A DNA stretch of 64,000 bases, from NCBI GenBank assembly GCA_963697335.1, contig CAVONQ010000018.1:416001-480000 (forward strand), written 5' to 3'. The translations under genes were made by a program, and so were the position numbers. Under the pieces are notes generated by a model, which saw only the letters and a program-made list of their open reading frames with translations, ran no database searches and had not been told where the DNA came from. The DNA is from an uncultured cyanobacterium. GTDB taxonomy: Bacteria > Cyanobacteriota > Cyanobacteriia > PCC-6307 > Cyanobiaceae. This document shows, one piece after another, positions 26,076 through 35,678 of the stretch (its first letter is position 1; every line of letters starts with the position of its first letter).

Positions 26076-28298
26076 ATGGCAACGAAATTTCCTTCGTTCA
26101 GCCAGGGTCTGGCACAGGACCCGACAACCCGCCGTATTTGGTACGGCATTGCCACGGCTCACGACTTCGAGAGCCACGACGGCATGACCGAGGAGCGGCT
26201 TTACCAAAAGCTGTTCTCCACCCACTTCGGTCACCTGGCCATCATCGGCCTCTGGGTTTCGGGCAACCTGTTCCATATCGCCTGGCAGGGCAACTTTGAG
26301 CAGTGGGTCACCGATCCTCTGCATGTCCGTCCCATCGCTCACGCGATCTGGGATCCCCACTTCGGTGAGGGCGCGATCGCTGCCTTCACCCAGGCGGGCG
26401 CTTCCTCTCCGGTGAACATCGCCTATTCCGGTCTGTACCACTGGTGGTACACCATCGGGATGCGCACCAACTCCGAGCTCTACCAAGGGGCCATCTTCAT
26501 GATGATCCTCTCGGCCTGGGCCCTGTTCGCTGGCTGGCTTCACCTGCAGCCCAAGTTCCGGCCTTCCCTGGCCTGGTTCAAGAACGCTGAATCCCGGCTC
26601 AACCACCACCTGGCTGTGCTGTTCGGCTTCAGCTCGATCGCCTGGACCGGTCACCTGGTTCACGTGGCCATTCCTGAATCCCGCGGTCAGCACGTCGGTT
26701 GGGACAACTTCCTCTCCATGTCGCCTCATCCGGCAGGTCTGGGTCCCTTCTTCACCGGTAACTGGGGCGTTTACGCCCAGAATCCCGACACCGCCTATCA
26801 GGTCTTCGGCACGGCAGAAGGCTCGGGCACCGCGATCCTCACCTTCCTGGGTGGTTTCCACCCCCAGAGTGAGGCCCTCTGGCTCACCGATATTGCCCAT
26901 CACCACCTGGCGATTGGCTGTATTTTTGTGATCGCTGGCCACATGTACCGGACCAACTTCGGTATCGGTCACTCAATCCGGGAGATCCTGGACGCTCACA
27001 ACCCGCCCAAGGGCACCCCTGGTGACCTGGGCGCCGGCCACAAGGGTCTGTATGACACCATCAACAACTCGCTCCACTTCCAGTTGGGTCTGGCTCTGGC
27101 CAGCCTCGGTGTGGTGACGAGCCTGGTGGCTCAGCACATGTATGCCCTGCCGTCCTATGCGTTCATCGCCAAGGACTACACAACGCAGGCTGCCCTTTAC
27201 ACCCACCACCAGTACATCGCCATCTTCCTGATGTGCGGTGCCTTCGCTCACGGTGCGATCTTCTTCATCCGTGACTACGACCCCGAGGCCAACAGGAACA
27301 ATGTTCTTGCTCGGATGTTGGAGCACAAGGAAGCGATCATCAGCCACCTGAGCTGGGTCTCTCTGTTCCTCGGTTTCCACACCCTGGGTCTCTACGTTCA
27401 CAACGACGTAGTGGTGGCCTTCGGCACTCCCGAGAAGCAGATCCTGATTGAGCCGGTGTTTGCCCAGTTCGTTCAGGCTTCCTCCGGTAAGGCCCTCTAC
27501 GGGATGGACGTCCTGCTCTCCAATTCAGAGAGCATTGCGTCCACCGCCTGGCCCAACTCCGGCGCTGTCTGGCTGCCTGGTTGGCTGGACAGCCTCAACT
27601 CCGGCACCAACTCCCTGTTCCTCCAGATCGGTCCTGGTGACTTCCTGGTGCACCATGCCATCGCGCTTGGTCTCCACACCACCACCTTGATCCTGGTCAA
27701 GGGCGCCCTGGATGCCCGGGGTTCCAAGCTGATGCCTGACAAGAAGGACTTTGGTTATTCCTTCCCCTGCGACGGCCCCGGCCGTGGTGGCACCTGCGAC
27801 ATCAGTGCCTGGGACGCCTTCTACCTGGCTGTCTTCTGGGCCCTGAACACCGTTGGTTGGGTCACCTTCTACTGGCACTGGAAGCACCTCGCCATCTGGC
27901 AGGGCAACGTGGCCCAGTTCAACGAATCCAGCACCTACCTGATGGGCTGGTTCCGCGACTATCTGTGGCTCAACAGCTCGCAGCTGATCAACGGCTACAA
28001 CCCCGCTGGTTCCAACAACCTGGCGGTCTGGGCCTGGATGTTCCTGTTCGGCCACCTTGTGTGGGCAACGGGCTTCATGTTCCTGATCTCCTGGCGTGGT
28101 TACTGGCAGGAGCTGATCGAGACCATCGTCTGGGCACACCAGCGCACTCCGCTCGCCAACCTGGTGGGCTGGCGTGACAAGCCTGTAGCCCTGTCCATCG
28201 TTCAGGCCCGGGTGGTTGGTCTGGCCCACTTCACAGTGGGTTACTTCCTCACCTACGCGGCATTCCTGATCGCGTCCACCTCCGGCAAGTTCGGCTGA
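26076..28298 (+). CDS. psaB: Photosystem I P700 apoprotein A2
   Basis: [37 protein letters not shown]; ends TSGKFG. Confidence 0.99.
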   Translation: MATKFPSFSQGLAQDPTTRRIWYGIATAHDFESHDGMTEERLYQKLFSTHFGHLAIIGLWVSGNLFHIAWQGNFEQWVTDPLHVRPIAHAIWDPHFGEGAIAAFTQAGASSPVNIAYSGLYHWWYTIGMRTNSELYQGAIFMMILSAWALFAGWLHLQPKFRPSLAWFKNAESRLNHHLAVLFGFSSIAWTGHLVHVAIPESRGQHVGWDNFLSMSPHPAGLGPFFTGNWGVYAQNPDTAYQVFGTAEGSGTAILTFLGGFHPQSEALWLTDIAHHHLAIGCIFVIAGHMYRTNFGIGHSIREILDAHNPPKGTPGDLGAGHKGLYDTINNSLHFQLGLALASLGVVTSLVAQHMYALPSYAFIAKDYTTQAALYTHHQYIAIFLMCGAFAHGAIFFIRDYDPEANRNNVLARMLEHKEAIISHLSWVSLFLGFHTLGLYVHNDVVVAFGTPEKQILIEPVFAQFVQASSGKALYGMDVLLSNSESIASTAWPNSGAVWLPGWLDSLNSGTNSLFLQIGPGDFLVHHAIALGLHTTTLILVKGALDARGSKLMPDKKDFGYSFPCDGPGRGGTCDISAWDAFYLAVFWALNTVGWVTFYWHWKHLAIWQGNVAQFNESSTYLMGWFRDYLWLNSSQLINGYNPAGSNNLAVWAWMFLFGHLVWATGFMFLISWRGYWQELIETIVWAHQRTPLANLVGWRDKPVALSIVQARVVGLAHFTVGYFLTYAAFLIASTSGKFG

Positions 28299-28336
28299 CA
28301 TTCAGCCTGAAGCTTGCCTCCTCGAGGGACTACTCC

Positions 28337-28363
28337 AACCCCGGCTCACGCCGGGGTTTTTTC
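28337..28363 (+). terminator. Intrinsic terminator of psaAB
   Basis: AACCCCGGC-TCAC-GCCGGGGTT followed by TTTT. Confidence 0.9.
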
Positions 28364-28397
28364 TTGTCGTTGGACCGTCTGCCGTTACTTCTGCCCC

Positions 28398-28787
28398 ATG
28401 AGCTCCCTGTCCACGGCCACGTCGTCCCTGTTGGTCGCCCTTGGCGTGGTGCCCGGAGCCTGGCTGCGCTACCGGGTGGTCAACCACCTGGAGCCGGCGC
28501 TGCCGCGCAAGCACTGGGGCACCTTCGTGGTGAATGTGGTCGCCTGTTTTGCCCTGGGCCTGCTTGCGGCCCTGCAGCAGGGCGGTGGACAGGGGGCACG
28601 CAGCACGATGCTGTTGTTGGGCACGGGCTTCTTCGGAGGCTTCAGCACCTTTTCTTCCTTCGTGGCTGAGCTCCACCAGGTGCTGCAGCGCCGTCATTGG
28701 GGCGAGGCCTGTGCTCTGGCCGGGGGCTCGCTGCTGGCAGGTCTGCTGGCTATGCAGGCTGGCCTGCTGATCGGAGCCCTGCGATGA
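28398..28787 (+). CDS. crcB: Fluoride channel Fluc/CrcB, copy 1
   Basis: GAWLRY, WGTFVVN and GFFGGFSTFSSF; four TM segments. Confidence 0.9.
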   Translation: MSSLSTATSSLLVALGVVPGAWLRYRVVNHLEPALPRKHWGTFVVNVVACFALGLLAALQQGGGQGARSTMLLLGTGFFGGFSTFSSFVAELHQVLQRRHWGEACALAGGSLLAGLLAMQAGLLIGALR

Positions 28788-29194
28788 GGGAGCCCCTGAA
28801 GCGGGAATCCAAGGAGCTATTGCTCCTGGCGGCAGGTGCCGTGCCAGGCGGGCTGCTGCGCTGGCAGCTCGACCTGGCGGCGGCGGCTCAGGCTGGCCCG
28901 GGGGCAGCCCTGGTGCAGGCCGCCTTGCTGGCGAATCTGAGCGGTTGTCTGCTGATCGGCCTGTTGATCGTGCAGCCTTCAAGCCGAGCCAGGCTCTACC
29001 TTTGGGCAGGCGTGGGGTTCTGCGGCAGCCTCACCACGTTCTCGTCATGGATGCTGTCCATTGCCCAGCAGTTTGCCCTGGGGCAGTGGCTCAGCGTGGC
29101 CGCGATCGTGGCCGGGAGTCTGTTCGGGGGCCTGCTCATGGTGGCCTGTGGCGCCTGGCTCGGCTCGGCACTGCTGAACCGCAGCCGGCCCTGA
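28784..29194 (+). CDS. crcB: Fluoride channel Fluc/CrcB, copy 2
   Basis: GGLLRW, ANLSGC and GFCGSLTTFSSW; ATGA overlap with copy 1. Confidence 0.9.
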   Translation: MREPLKRESKELLLLAAGAVPGGLLRWQLDLAAAAQAGPGAALVQAALLANLSGCLLIGLLIVQPSSRARLYLWAGVGFCGSLTTFSSWMLSIAQQFALGQWLSVAAIVAGSLFGGLLMVACGAWLGSALLNRSRP

Positions 29195-29232
29195 GGCCTA
29201 CACCGGGCCTTAGACGGCTGCATCGACCGCCC

Positions 29233-29604
29233 TCAACGGGCGCTGGCATAGTTCTGGCGCACATAGGCCCAGTCCTCGCAGCGCAGTTCATTGCCATCGG
29301 TCTGGGCCCGCTCGCCCCGCAGGCAGGCCACCGTGGCCGTGTGGCCCTGGACCAGTCCGCTGGTTCTGCCCTGGTCCTGCAGTGCTTTGGCTTCAGCAGC
29401 TGTGGGCGCTGCGGTGGTGCTTGGATTTGGGGTGCTACTTGAGGTCGGTGGCAGGGCCGGGGCGGCGGGTGGCTCCGGCTCCGGCTGTTTCTGAACCTGG
29501 CATCCCCCCAGCAGCAGCACGGCGCTAGCTCCTAGTGCCAGGCCCCCAGGCCAGATGCCCCGTTGCCCCAGGCTGAAGCGTGGGCGAGAAGCTTGCTGGC
29601 CCAT
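29233..29604 (-). CDS. Small hypothetical lipoprotein
   Basis: Hydrophobic stretch ending LLLGGC, Pro/Thr/Ala linker, small C-terminal domain with two Cys; start uncertain. Confidence 0.65.
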   Translation of the reverse strand: MGQQASRPRFSLGQRGIWPGGLALGASAVLLLGGCQVQKQPEPEPPAAPALPPTSSSTPNPSTTAAPTAAEAKALQDQGRTSGLVQGHTATVACLRGERAQTDGNELRCEDWAYVRQNYASAR

Positions 29605-29645
29605 GGAGCTCTTCGGCGAATGCCTCCCATTTTCCCCTGCCAAGC

Positions 29646-29670
29646 AAAAGCCCCGCCAGAGGCGGGGCTT
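29646..29670 (-). terminator. Intrinsic terminator of psaI-psaL
   Basis: Minus strand AAGCCCCGCC-TCT-GGCGGGGCTT-TT. Confidence 0.85.
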
Positions 29671-29730
29671 GATGGACGTTGGGCAGAAGCAGGGATGGAT
29701 GGCTTGGCCGCCAGCCCCAATAGCTGGTGC

Positions 29731-30222
29731 TCAGCCCAGGCTCCAGACTCCACCGGCAATGTTCCCCAGAGGGGACACCATGGCGGTGGTCGCCAGGAAC
29801 CAGGCGAAGGCGGCACCACCGCAGCCACCCAGCCAGAAGCCGCTGGCAAACTCAGCCCAGCCGGCCTTGGTGAACAGATCCGCAGGTGGATTGTCCACCG
29901 TGGCGTCCGCAGGCTGCACGTTGGGACCTGTGCCCGCCGTGCCATAGATGGACAGGCAGACCGTGAGGATTGACACCAGGCCGATCGCAGCCAGAAGCCC
30001 ACTGGTGCTGGCGTACTCGGTGAGCCGCAGGGGGCCGGTGAACGCAAAGGGTCCGTACAGCAGGAAACCATGGGCCATGCCCACTTCCAGGCCGCGCCGG
30101 TTGGGGGAGAGGGAGGGGCGATAGGCCGGCAGGGCGTTCAGGAATGCCTTGCTGAAATAGCTGCTGTTGACGGGTGTGGCCAGATTGCCGACACAGGGGT
30201 CGGCCACGGGGGTCACGGTCAT
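29731..30222 (-). CDS. psaL: Photosystem I subunit XI
   Basis: [34 protein letters not shown]. Confidence 0.98.
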   Translation of the reverse strand: MTVTPVADPCVGNLATPVNSSYFSKAFLNALPAYRPSLSPNRRGLEVGMAHGFLLYGPFAFTGPLRLTEYASTSGLLAAIGLVSILTVCLSIYGTAGTGPNVQPADATVDNPPADLFTKAGWAEFASGFWLGGCGGAAFAWFLATTAMVSPLGNIAGGVWSLG

Positions 30223-30280
30223 GGGGATGGAAGTGAGGGTGATGAAAGGGGGGCGTTAGGCACTCCGAGGGCCCGGAGCG

Positions 30281-30397
30281 TCAGTCGCGGGCTTCAATCA
30301 CGTTGAACAACAGTGCCATCGCCACGGCTGGGCCGAGGATCCCGACGAGGGGCACCAGCACCGAGGGCATCCAGGCGGCAGCAAATTCTCCAGTCAT
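30281..30397 (-). CDS. psaI: Photosystem I subunit VIII
   Basis: MTGEFAAAWMPSVLVPLVGILGPAVAMALLFNVIEARD (38 aa), directly upstream of psaL. Confidence 0.95.
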   Translation of the reverse strand: MTGEFAAAWMPSVLVPLVGILGPAVAMALLFNVIEARD

Positions 30398-30487
30398 GGC
30401 GCAGGCCAGTAGCAACCGCCGGTACTGTAAGGATCGTTTCCAGCACAGCCTTCTTGGGCCCGGCTGGGCGACATAAAAGTTCAATCC

Positions 30488-31036
30488 ATGCCCCCTTCCA
30501 CCCTCGGTGCCGTGGCTGGCCTTCTGGCCCTGGTGCTCTGGTGGCTCGGTCGCCGCCCACCCACCCGCCTGCTGCGCTCCACCGATACCAGCGCCGTGGC
30601 GGCCCTGAACCGCAGCCAGTTGCACCAGGCTGCCGCTCCCGAGCCGGACGGTCGCGCCCTCCACCCTGCTGGCCCTGCTGCGCGCCCCAGGCCGCCGACC
30701 GCCGATGAGGTTGCCGCCACCTTCGTGGCCGCCACGCCCCTCGCCCGTCGCCCCGCCGGCGTGGCGCTCAGTGCCCGCGATCAACAACAGCTGCTGAAGG
30801 CCCTGCGGAGCCAGTTCAAAGGCGACAACCCCAGTCGCCTGGTGGCCGTGAAGGTGGCCAGGCGCTGGGGGCACCGCTGCACCTTGCCGCTGCTGCAGAG
30901 GGCCAGGCGCGACCCTGACCCCCGCGTGGCGCTGGAGGCGGCCCAGGCGCTGGAGCGCTTCCGGGGCAGGCCGCCTGGGAGTCAGGCCGCAGAGCCCGCC
31001 TCGCCGCTGCCCCGCAACGTCTCCCGCACCCGATAG
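30488..31036 (+). CDS. Membrane-anchored HEAT-repeat protein
   Basis: N-terminal TM; LPLLQRARRDPDPRVALEAAQAL HEAT-like repeat; C-terminal PRNVSR. Confidence 0.7.
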   Translation: MPPSTLGAVAGLLALVLWWLGRRPPTRLLRSTDTSAVAALNRSQLHQAAAPEPDGRALHPAGPAARPRPPTADEVAATFVAATPLARRPAGVALSARDQQQLLKALRSQFKGDNPSRLVAVKVARRWGHRCTLPLLQRARRDPDPRVALEAAQALERFRGRPPGSQAAEPASPLPRNVSRTR

Positions 31037-31947
31037 ATCGGCCGCCCCTGACTCTCGTGGTAGGTGCGCATCTGCAGTTCTGCCAGCAGCCCAAAGCAGA
31101 ACAACTGCACCCCGGCGACCACGCTGATCAGGGCCACCAGCAACAGGGGCCGATCGCCGATCTCCGCCCCGAGCAGCAGCTTTTCCCCCACCAGGGCCAG
31201 CGTCAGCAGCAGTCCCACGCCCATGGCGGCCAGCCCGGCTGACCCGAACACGTGCATCGGCCGGGTCAGAAAGCGCTTCATGAACCACACCGTGAGCAGG
31301 TCCATCAGCACGCGGAAGGTGCGGTCAATGCCGTACTTGCTCTCGCCATGGCGGCGGGCGTGGTGGTCCACCTGCACCTCGCTGATGCGGGCGCCCTCAA
31401 TGAAGGCCAGGGCCGGCAGGAAGCGGTGCAGTTCGCCGTAGAGGTTGAGGTCGTCCACCACCTCGCGGCGGTAGGCCTTGAGGGAGCAGCCGTAGTCGTG
31501 CAGGTGCACCCCGGTGACGCGGGCGATCAGGCGATTGGCAATACGGCTGGGCAGCAGGCGCGACACGGCATGGTCCTGGCGTTGGTGGCGCCAGCCGCTC
31601 ACCAGGTCGAAACCCTCCCCCAGCCGCTCCAGCAGCAGGGGAATGTCGGCGGGATCGTTCTGAAGGTCGCCATCGAGCGTCACGATCACCTTGCCGCGAC
31701 TGGCATCGAAGCCAGCCGCCATGGCGGCGCTCTGGCCGTAGTTGCGCCGCAGCAGCAGCACCACCAGCTCAGGCAGGCTGGTGCTCAGGCTGCGCAGCAC
31801 CTCGGCGGTGCCGTCGCTGGAGCCGTCGTCCACCACCACCAGCTCGTGCTCCAGCCCCAGGGGCCGGATCGCGCGCAGCACCTGCTCAACCAGCAGCGGC
31901 ACGTTCTGCTCCTCGTTGTAGAGGGGCACCACCACCGAGAGATCCAT
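30982..31947 (-). CDS. Glycosyltransferase family 2 (polyprenol-phosphate glycosyltransferase type)
   Basis: LSVVVPLYNE, VDDGSSD, RNYGQ, DGDLQNDP; two C-terminal TMs. Confidence 0.92.
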   Translation of the reverse strand: MDLSVVVPLYNEEQNVPLLVEQVLRAIRPLGLEHELVVVDDGSSDGTAEVLRSLSTSLPELVVLLLRRNYGQSAAMAAGFDASRGKVIVTLDGDLQNDPADIPLLLERLGEGFDLVSGWRHQRQDHAVSRLLPSRIANRLIARVTGVHLHDYGCSLKAYRREVVDDLNLYGELHRFLPALAFIEGARISEVQVDHHARRHGESKYGIDRTFRVLMDLLTVWFMKRFLTRPMHVFGSAGLAAMGVGLLLTLALVGEKLLLGAEIGDRPLLLVALISVVAGVQLFCFGLLAELQMRTYHESQGRPIYRVRETLRGSGEAGSAA

Positions 31948-31972
31948 CGCGGCCAGGTCGCAGGCAAGGAAC

Positions 31973-32737
31973 CTAGGCGGGCAGAGGACTGCCGTCGTGG
32001 CAACGCATCACTCGCCCGGCGCCCCGCAGTTCGGCGCGGTAGTGCCCGGCCACGGGGTGAGGATTGTTGGGGTTGAGGTCGTCGATGCCGATGCCGTTGC
32101 GGCCGTGCTCGCGTCCGGAGCTGTGCAGATAGCGGCCGTTGCCCAGATGCAGGCCCACGTGGGTGCAGCGCTGGGGGGTGCCGAAGAAGATCAGGTCGGC
32201 GGGCTCCAGCCGATGGAACACGCCCGGGCGCACCGCCAGGGGCTGGCAGAAGCGCTCCTGCAGGTAGGCATCGCGCGGCAGCCAGAGGTCCGCGCTGGCG
32301 TAGGCCGCCTGCACCAGGCCGGAGCAGTCGAAGTCGGGTCCGAGGCTGCCGCCCCACAGGTAGGTGTTGGGCCTGTGGCTGGCGGCCATGGCGAAGGCCA
32401 GCACCGCCGCCAGCCGTTCCTCAATGGCGGCGCGAGACAGCAAAAGGGGCCTGGGAGCGCGGCTGACCTTCGCCTGCCCCAGCAGCGCATCGGCCGCGAT
32501 CCAGCCCGGGTAGCCATCCTCCAGCAGGCGCACCCGCAGGCGGCCCTGGCTCCGGATGCTGCAGACTTGCAGAACCCGCCCGCCGGCGGCCTGGGTGGCC
32601 AGCCCGGCCCCGCTGGGACGGCTGTAGAGGTCGAGGGGGCCATCCAGGCGCCAGAGGCTGCCAGGCAGGAGCAGTTCGGGCGCAGCCGCCGTGCCTTCCG
32701 GCAGGGGCAGGGCCTGGGGGGTTCCTAGGGTCGTCAC
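31973..32737 (-). CDS. NlpC/P60 (C40) cysteine peptidase with SH3b-like N-terminus
   Basis: YLWGG, FDCSGLVQ, PRDA, DLIFF, THVGL, LHSSG; DGYPGW SH3b-like segment; alternative GTG at 32752. Confidence 0.9.
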   Translation of the reverse strand: MTTLGTPQALPLPEGTAAAPELLLPGSLWRLDGPLDLYSRPSGAGLATQAAGGRVLQVCSIRSQGRLRVRLLEDGYPGWIAADALLGQAKVSRAPRPLLLSRAAIEERLAAVLAFAMAASHRPNTYLWGGSLGPDFDCSGLVQAAYASADLWLPRDAYLQERFCQPLAVRPGVFHRLEPADLIFFGTPQRCTHVGLHLGNGRYLHSSGREHGRNGIGIDDLNPNNPHPVAGHYRAELRGAGRVMRCHDGSPLPA

Positions 32738-32754
32738 AGCTTGTGCCGGCACTG

Positions 32755-33684
32755 ATGGCGTTCTACAGCCAGGACCCGGGGATGGCGCAGACCCTGGCTG
32801 AGCTGATCCAGGCGCTGGAGCTGGAGGGGCGGCCGGGCCTTGGCCAGCAGCTCTCGATCACCTGGGTGCGCTTTGCCACATCGCAGCGGGAGAGAACCCT
32901 GGAGGCGGAGCCTGGCTCCTTCTGGGGTCTCCCCAGACGGGGGGCGAGTTGGGGGGGGGATCGCCAGCGCTACCCAGCCAGTGTGGTGAAGCTGGTGTTT
33001 CTGATCGCGATTGAGGCCTGGCTGCAGCAGGAACTGCTCGAGGACGGGCCCGAGCTGAGACGGGCGCTGGCCGACATGATCCGCGACTCCAGCAATGACG
33101 CCACCGGCCTGGTGGTGGACCTGCTCAGCGGCACCACCAGCGGCCCGGCCCTGCCCCCCGAGCGCATGGAGGCCTGGGCGCGGCAGCGGCAACTGGTGAA
33201 CGGCTGGCTGGTGGGGCTGGGCTGGCCGGAGCTGCAGGGCTGCAACGCCTGCCAGAAAACCTGGGGCGATGGCCCCTACGGCCGGGAACGTGCCTTCTAT
33301 GGCCCGGAGCTCGAGAACCGCAACAGCCTCAGCAGCGAGGCCGTGGCCAGGTTGTTGCTGGCGGTGATCGCCTCGGCTGTGGTCTCGCCGCCGGCCTGCG
33401 CACGCATGCGGCAACTGCTGGAGCGCAGTCTGGAGGCGGCCTCCCGCACGGCCGACCCGGAGAACCAGGTGGACGGATTCCTCGGGGCCGGTCTGCCCGA
33501 GGCGGCCCGGCTGTGGAGCAAGGCGGGCTGGATGAGTCAGGCGCGTCACGACGCCGCCTATGTGGAGGCCGAGGGCCATGACCCCTTCCTTCTGGTGGTG
33601 TTCAGCGAGGGGCGCGAGCGGGCCCTCGACGAACGGCTGTTGCCGGCGATTGCCAGCCACCTCTGCCGGGCCTGCAGTCACTGA
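32755..33684 (+). CDS. Serine hydrolase, class A beta-lactamase/PBP-like fold
   Basis: YPASVVK (SxxK), DSSNDA (SxN), SKAG (KTG-like), RHDAA. Confidence 0.88.
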   Translation: MAFYSQDPGMAQTLAELIQALELEGRPGLGQQLSITWVRFATSQRERTLEAEPGSFWGLPRRGASWGGDRQRYPASVVKLVFLIAIEAWLQQELLEDGPELRRALADMIRDSSNDATGLVVDLLSGTTSGPALPPERMEAWARQRQLVNGWLVGLGWPELQGCNACQKTWGDGPYGRERAFYGPELENRNSLSSEAVARLLLAVIASAVVSPPACARMRQLLERSLEAASRTADPENQVDGFLGAGLPEAARLWSKAGWMSQARHDAAYVEAEGHDPFLLVVFSEGRERALDERLLPAIASHLCRACSH

Positions 33685-33744
33685 GGGCCGACGGCAGGAC
33701 AGGCCAGCTCAGCGCAGGGGGCTTGGGCCGGTTCAGCAGTTCAA

Positions 33745-33833
33745 CGGAGAGGGAGGGATTCGAACCCTCGACAGAAGTTGCCTCCTGTAACTCCTTAGCA
33801 GGGAGCCGCTTTCAACCGCTCAGCCACCTCTCC
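33745..33833 (-). tRNA. tRNA-Ser(GCT)
   Basis: Reverse complement GGAGAGG..CTCC-CT-GCT-AA-GGAG, long variable arm, GGTTCGAATCC, CCTCTCC-G. Confidence 0.97.
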
Positions 33834-33874
33834 AGGGGCCCGATGAGCTTATCAGCGTGGCTCCCTTCAGCGGC

Positions 33875-35089
33875 TCAGGTGCTGCCGGGCTGGGCCTCGA
33901 GCCTCGGCAGGCGCAGCTTGAAGCCGCACAGGATTTCCCAGGGGATGGTGCCGCAGCGCTGGCTCCAGTCGGTGGGCTGAATCTGCTGGTCGCCATCGCT
34001 GCCCAGCAGGGTCACCACCGAGCCCATCTCCAGAGCCGGGCAGTCGGTGGCATCCACCACGAGCTGATCCATCGTGATCGCCCCCACCTGGGCCAGCCGC
34101 TGACCCTCGAACAGCACCTCCATCTGGTTGGACAGCTGCCGGGGCACCCCGTCGGCATAGCCGATGCCCACCACGGCCAGGCGACTGGGGCGCACGGTGT
34201 GGAATCGATGGCCGTAGCTCACGCCCACGCCCTCCGGCACCTCGCGCACCAGGGTCACCCTGGCGTGCAGGTGCAGGGCCGGCTGCAGGTCCAGCACCCG
34301 GCGCAGATGGGGGGCGGGGCTGTGGCCGTAGAGGGCCAGGCCCACCCGCACCATGTCGTAGTGGAGGGCAGGGCTGCGCAGGGTGGCGGCCGAATTGGCC
34401 AGGTGCCGGATCCCGGGTTCGAGCCCCTGCTGGCTCAGGCTCTCGAGCACGCTGTCGAAGCGCCGTTTTTGCTCCGCCGTGGTGGCGTCCAGATCCCTGG
34501 CCGCGGCGACTTCCGGCTCGGCGTCGGCGTTGGCCAGGTGGGAATACACCCCGGCCAGCTGCACCGCATCCAGCTCCTGGATGGCTCTCACCAGCCTCGG
34601 CCCCTCCTGCCAGGCCGCGCCCAGCCGGGTCATGCCCGTGTCGAGCTTCAGTTGCACGGCCATCGGGGCGCCGCTGCCCCTGGCCAGGTTCTGACAGAGC
34701 AGGGCTTCCCGCATGCCGCTGATCGTGGGCATCAGCTGCCAGCGCTGGCAGCTGCGCAGTTCCTCGGGATGGCCGAGCCCGCCAAGCACCAGCACCGGCG
34801 CTTCGATGCCGGCCTGGCGCAGCTGGATCCCCTCGCCCAGGGTGGCGACGCCGAAACAGCTGGCTCCCCCCTCGAGGGCGGCCCTGGCTACCACAACGGC
34901 GCCATGGCCATAGCCGTCGGCCTTGACCACGGCCATCAGGGCGCAGTCCGGGCCGATCGCACGCTTCAGCTCACGGGCGTTGGCGGTGATCGCCCAGGCT
35001 TCCACCTCCACCCAGGCCCGTCGCCGCTCCAGGCCGGCCTCCACCAGGGGCAGGCTGGGCAGCCAGCCTTGGTTCGTGGCCTGCGTCAC
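33875..35089 (-). CDS. alr: Alanine racemase
   Basis: AVVKADGYGHG (PLP Lys), KLDTGMTRLG, SHLA, HLANSA, GYADG, TMDQ. Confidence 0.97.
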   Translation of the reverse strand: MTQATNQGWLPSLPLVEAGLERRRAWVEVEAWAITANARELKRAIGPDCALMAVVKADGYGHGAVVVARAALEGGASCFGVATLGEGIQLRQAGIEAPVLVLGGLGHPEELRSCQRWQLMPTISGMREALLCQNLARGSGAPMAVQLKLDTGMTRLGAAWQEGPRLVRAIQELDAVQLAGVYSHLANADAEPEVAAARDLDATTAEQKRRFDSVLESLSQQGLEPGIRHLANSAATLRSPALHYDMVRVGLALYGHSPAPHLRRVLDLQPALHLHARVTLVREVPEGVGVSYGHRFHTVRPSRLAVVGIGYADGVPRQLSNQMEVLFEGQRLAQVGAITMDQLVVDATDCPALEMGSVVTLLGSDGDQQIQPTDWSQRCGTIPWEILCGFKLRLPRLEAQPGST

Positions 35090-35139
35090 GGATTCCTCAA
35101 TCCAGCGGAATTAGCATGCCGCCCAATCCCGGCTCTGGC

Positions 35140-35664
35140 ATGGGCCACGTCCTCGTCCTCAACGCCTCCTACGAACCCCTCAACATCACCACCTGGCGGC
35201 GCGCCATGGTGATGCTTCTCAAGGGCAAAGCCGAAGGCCTCGAACACGACCCGACCCATCTGATCCGCGAGGATACTCTGCTGCCCACGGTGATCCGGCT
35301 GCGTCAGTTCGTGCGCGTTCCCTATCGCCAGCTGCCGCTCACCCGGCGCAATCTGTTTCATCGGGACGGCCACTCCTGCCAGTACTGCGGCTACGCCGGA
35401 GACCAGCTTTCGGTGGATCACGTGGTTCCCCGCAGCCGCGGTGGAGCGGATAGCTGGGAGAACGTGACCACCGCCTGCCTGAGCTGCAATGTGCGCAAGG
35501 GCAACCGCACGCCGCGGGAGGCCGGCATGGCCCTGCGCCGCCAACCCCATCGCCCCGCCAGCGGCCTGGGCTATGAGGCCACCCGCCATTTGCGGGCCGG
35601 TCGCCACCACGAGTGGGCGAAATACCTGATCGGTGTGGAGGCCGGCGCCGAGCTGCTGGTCTGA
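35140..35664 (+). CDS. Stand-alone HNH endonuclease (McrA-like)
   Basis: VLVLNASYEPL; RDGHSCQYCG; VDHVVPRSRGG; WENVTTACLSCNVRKG. Confidence 0.92.
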   Translation: MGHVLVLNASYEPLNITTWRRAMVMLLKGKAEGLEHDPTHLIREDTLLPTVIRLRQFVRVPYRQLPLTRRNLFHRDGHSCQYCGYAGDQLSVDHVVPRSRGGADSWENVTTACLSCNVRKGNRTPREAGMALRRQPHRPASGLGYEATRHLRAGRHHEWAKYLIGVEAGAELLV

Positions 35665-35678
35665 GAGCGGCTGCCCGC

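Noticed and set aside
28299..28397. Fluoride riboswitch before crcB
   Set aside because: The spacer is mostly the psaAB terminator and has no GATGG..CC / TGA..CCT pseudoknot consensus.
32755..33684. Antibiotic-resistance beta-lactamase
   Set aside because: No signal peptide, no recognisable class A omega-loop ExxLN, and a core-genome context; only the fold is supported.
35140..35664. IscB/Cas9/HEARO-type RNA-guided or homing element
   Set aside because: Only 174 aa, with no RuvC or PLMP/RRXRR region and no space for an ncRNA, intron or transposon ends.
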